A stretch of 36,532 bases of DNA from Welwitschia mirabilis (Eukaryota), in the NCBI GenBank assembly GCA_051453625.1, contig JBOZIK010000001.1:32075615-32112146 (forward strand), read 5' to 3'. Below the pieces are notes generated by a model. The model worked only from the letters and a program-made list of their open reading frames with translations. It was not told the origin of the DNA and searched no databases. The position numbers and the translations under genes are program-made. Positions 35,677 through 36,532 of this stretch are shown piece by piece (positions within the stretch are counted from its first letter, which is position 1; each line of letters begins with the position of its first letter).

Positions 35677-36532
35677 AGATGATAAAGTTCTTTCGAGATA
35701 ACTCCCAGTTGAACTGAAGATCTTCTTATCAAACATCATCGTCTATCTCATTATCCAGACGTCACTAGTGGATAAAATATCCAAAGCCAATTGACAATAA
35801 TTCACATATAGCCTGACAGGTAGATAAACTAAAGCAGAACTAGAGTTCCAATTATCCATCCTCATCATCTCCTCCTTCATCTGGACAACCATAAAAATGA
35901 TATTGTTTTCCCATAGTTTCATAGAATGTTTTCTTGAGTTGTTACCTCTTTATTGTGACTTTATTATGAATGTTAGCTAGGGTTTCTCCTTTACTTTTCT
36001 ATCAGTTCCCTTTCCCTTTTTGTATATAAATAAAGGTCTTCCCCTCAATCCTTAATCATCTTTGATAGTACCTGACATTCTCGTGACAGGAGATCTTGGG
36101 ACTAGAGAACCATCTTGTNNNNNNNNNNGAGAGATATTACCTGGGTATTGGGTGGCATATCCTCCATTAAGGAATGACTACTTTGTGATACATATGTCTT
36201 TTATACTTTTAATATCAATTATCCTTTTTGTCAATAATTGCAGAAACTTATTTCTTATAGTTTATGTTGTTTAAGATTTGTAATAGGTTTCTTTGATTAT
36301 ATAGATTATGAGGGTATCCTTTGTTAAGATTGAGCTTGATTAGATTAGGTGCATCGCTATTTATTTTCATAAATTAGTTTTACATTGTTATTTCAATTTC
36401 ATGCATTGCAATTTAATTTAGTAGATTAAGGTTATACATTTATTTCTTGAAATCAACTCTTTATTATCCATACTATTGGCCTTCGCCAGAATTATGACAT
36501 TCGGATCACTCCGACTATACTAGCATGCTATA
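35677..36532 (+). repeat. Second (probably 3') LTR of the plus-strand Athila-like element, partial
   Basis: Collinear with ~33550-34350, with an extra ~50-bp segment near 35840-35890. The start is hidden in the gap and the end lies beyond the window. Confidence 0.85.

Overview
AT-rich, CpG-depleted plant-type heterochromatin made almost entirely of decayed, nested LTR retrotransposons, with many N gaps. I found no intact host gene, RNA gene or CRISPR array. Reconstructed nesting: (1) a minus-strand Ty3/gypsy non-chromovirus (Athila/Tat-like) gag-PR-RT remnant at 1-~4170 whose protease region is tandemly duplicated with an in-frame junction. (2) A plus-strand Sirevirus-like copia 'host' from ~4170, with LTR, PBS, gag and an extra ORF but no visible pol. 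(3) A near-complete short-LTR copia (5655-11563, TSD CTATA) inserted in the host gag. (4) A minus-strand three-LTR tandem Sirevirus-like element (14879-28352, TSD ATTTT) inserted in the host extra ORF; both of its internal regions carry gag + protease + an extra ORF but no INT/RT/RH. (5) The 3' end of a minus-strand Athila-like element from 29868, whose LTR is split by (6) an inverted solo LTR of the same family (30544-31784). (7) A plus-strand Athila-like element from 33257 to the window end. All protein calls come from manual translation and motif recognition; no database search was run.
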